From contig JBHLPL010000020.1 in the NCBI GenBank assembly GCA_048939465.1, positions 1 to 6,523 of the forward strand: a stretch of DNA of 6,523 nucleotides, in the 5' to 3' direction. Below, one piece after another: positions 5,535 to 6,523 of the stretch; position 1 is the stretch's first letter; each line of letters starts with the position of its first letter. The position numbers and the translations under genes were made by a program. This stretch comes from Promethearchaeota archaeon. Its GTDB lineage: Archaea; Asgardarchaeota; Odinarchaeia; Odinarchaeales; JBHLKK01. The notes under the pieces were generated by a model, which ran no database searches, was not told where the DNA came from, and saw only the letters and a program-made list of their open reading frames with translations.

Positions 5535-6467
5535 GTGAACTACTTGATGATTCAAATAACTGAGGTTTTAATCACTTTATTAAGCGCAACCGTCTGGATA
5601 CCTTGGGTTGTACTGACAATTACTGTCTATCGGTATTACCGTCGCCATCGAAGTAATCCCATCCTTACCATAATATACTGCAGTATGTCTTTAACCATCG
5701 CTCTATACTTCTTTTCATTGAACGTAATCTTGGGTGCCTTTGCGTTAAGTTCAGTTATTTACATCAAGCTATTCAGCATATTCAACCTGTTAGGCGTCCT
5801 TTTCTGGATGCGTGCTGTGATCCATCTGGTCAACCCCGCTCACAAAGAATGGATAATACCACAGTTTGTGTACTGGCTAGTCATAATCGTTACTGAGTTT
5901 GCAATAATTGGTAACCTATACCCTCTAAGCGATATCACAGTCCTTCATGATGCACTGATATTCGGATATCTTGCCGTGAGCTTTAGTGTATCCAGTTTTT
6001 TTCTAATCCGCCTTAATCGAAAGCTAAGAAATAGAACGCTAAAGAGGCACCTGAAGATGTTAATCGCAGGGACTTTGTTCCCGAGCCTAATACACTTTTT
6101 CGCCGATACTTACACGATCAATTGGATTCTTCCTGCAATTTCCCCTTGTTTTGCTGCAATCTTCGCTTGGCTCTTCGGCTTGCTCATCTACTTCGGTGTA
6201 GTATTTAGAGGCATAGAAATTCTGAAGCTATTCTCATTTGAAGGCGCAATCAGCCTGGATCCAACTATAAGGGATTTTCGAGTTTATGCCCTTCTAACCG
6301 ACTACACTTCACCAGAAGGAACCTGTAAGTTTTATGATACCGGTTTGAGATCGAAGTGCCGTTTAGACCCGCTGGTCTTTCGGAGAGATTGCAGAGGAGT
6401 CGTCTTCATTGAAGGTTTTGTTTGCCACCAAATAAGGTATCATATAGACAAAGAGGAAGACAGATAG
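5535..6467 (+). CDS. Seven-transmembrane membrane protein (7TM receptor-like) with a C-terminal Cys-rich cytoplasmic domain; function unknown
   Basis: Seven hydrophobic segments at about aa 11-32, 43-65, 75-97, 107-128, 137-158, 174-193 and 198-222. Basic loops RYYRRHR (after TM1) and RLNRKLRNRTLKRHLK (TM5-6) imply N-out/C-in. The roughly 85-aa polar tail carries four Cys. The start is GTG 5535 or in-frame ATG 5547 (AGTGA at 5534-5538 could be the RBS). Confidence 0.82.
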   Translation: MNYLMIQITEVLITLLSATVWIPWVVLTITVYRYYRRHRSNPILTIIYCSMSLTIALYFFSLNVILGAFALSSVIYIKLFSIFNLLGVLFWMRAVIHLVNPAHKEWIIPQFVYWLVIIVTEFAIIGNLYPLSDITVLHDALIFGYLAVSFSVSSFFLIRLNRKLRNRTLKRHLKMLIAGTLFPSLIHFFADTYTINWILPAISPCFAAIFAWLFGLLIYFGVVFRGIEILKLFSFEGAISLDPTIRDFRVYALLTDYTSPEGTCKFYDTGLRSKCRLDPLVFRRDCRGVVFIEGFVCHQIRYHIDKEEDR

Positions 6468-6523
6468 CTTCGACGCTTGATTCACAAAAGGTTTTTAACT
6501 GGAAATATAGACCTTTAATTGTT

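Noticed and set aside
5535-6206. Microbial rhodopsin or heliorhodopsin interpretation of the 7TM protein
   Set aside because: No Lys in TM7 (no DxxxK or SxxxK) and no retinal-pocket motifs.

Overview
Archaeal chromosomal window, inferred from an archaeal-type HflX, an archaea-specific COG1202-like helicase and GGTGA/GGAGGT-type ribosome-binding sites; the lineage cannot be determined. Gene order: hflX-like GTPase (minus strand, runs off the left edge, missed by the ORF track); divergent CBS-pair protein and metallo-beta-lactamase-fold hydrolase (plus); an unannotated 49-aa basic ORF (minus); an 863-aa archaeal SF2 helicase with N- and C-terminal Cys clusters (minus); and a divergent 310-aa seven-transmembrane protein (plus). 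No rRNA, tRNA, CRISPR array or transposase was seen. The most novel-looking item is the 7TM protein, which has no recognisable kinase, cyclase or rhodopsin signature but ends in a strictly periodic C-x10-C-x10-C-x10-C tail. Next are the hidden 49-aa ORF, a DEIQ/motif V variant of the helicase, and palindrome-rich intergenic regions. All calls come from manual translation and recalled family motifs; no database search was run.
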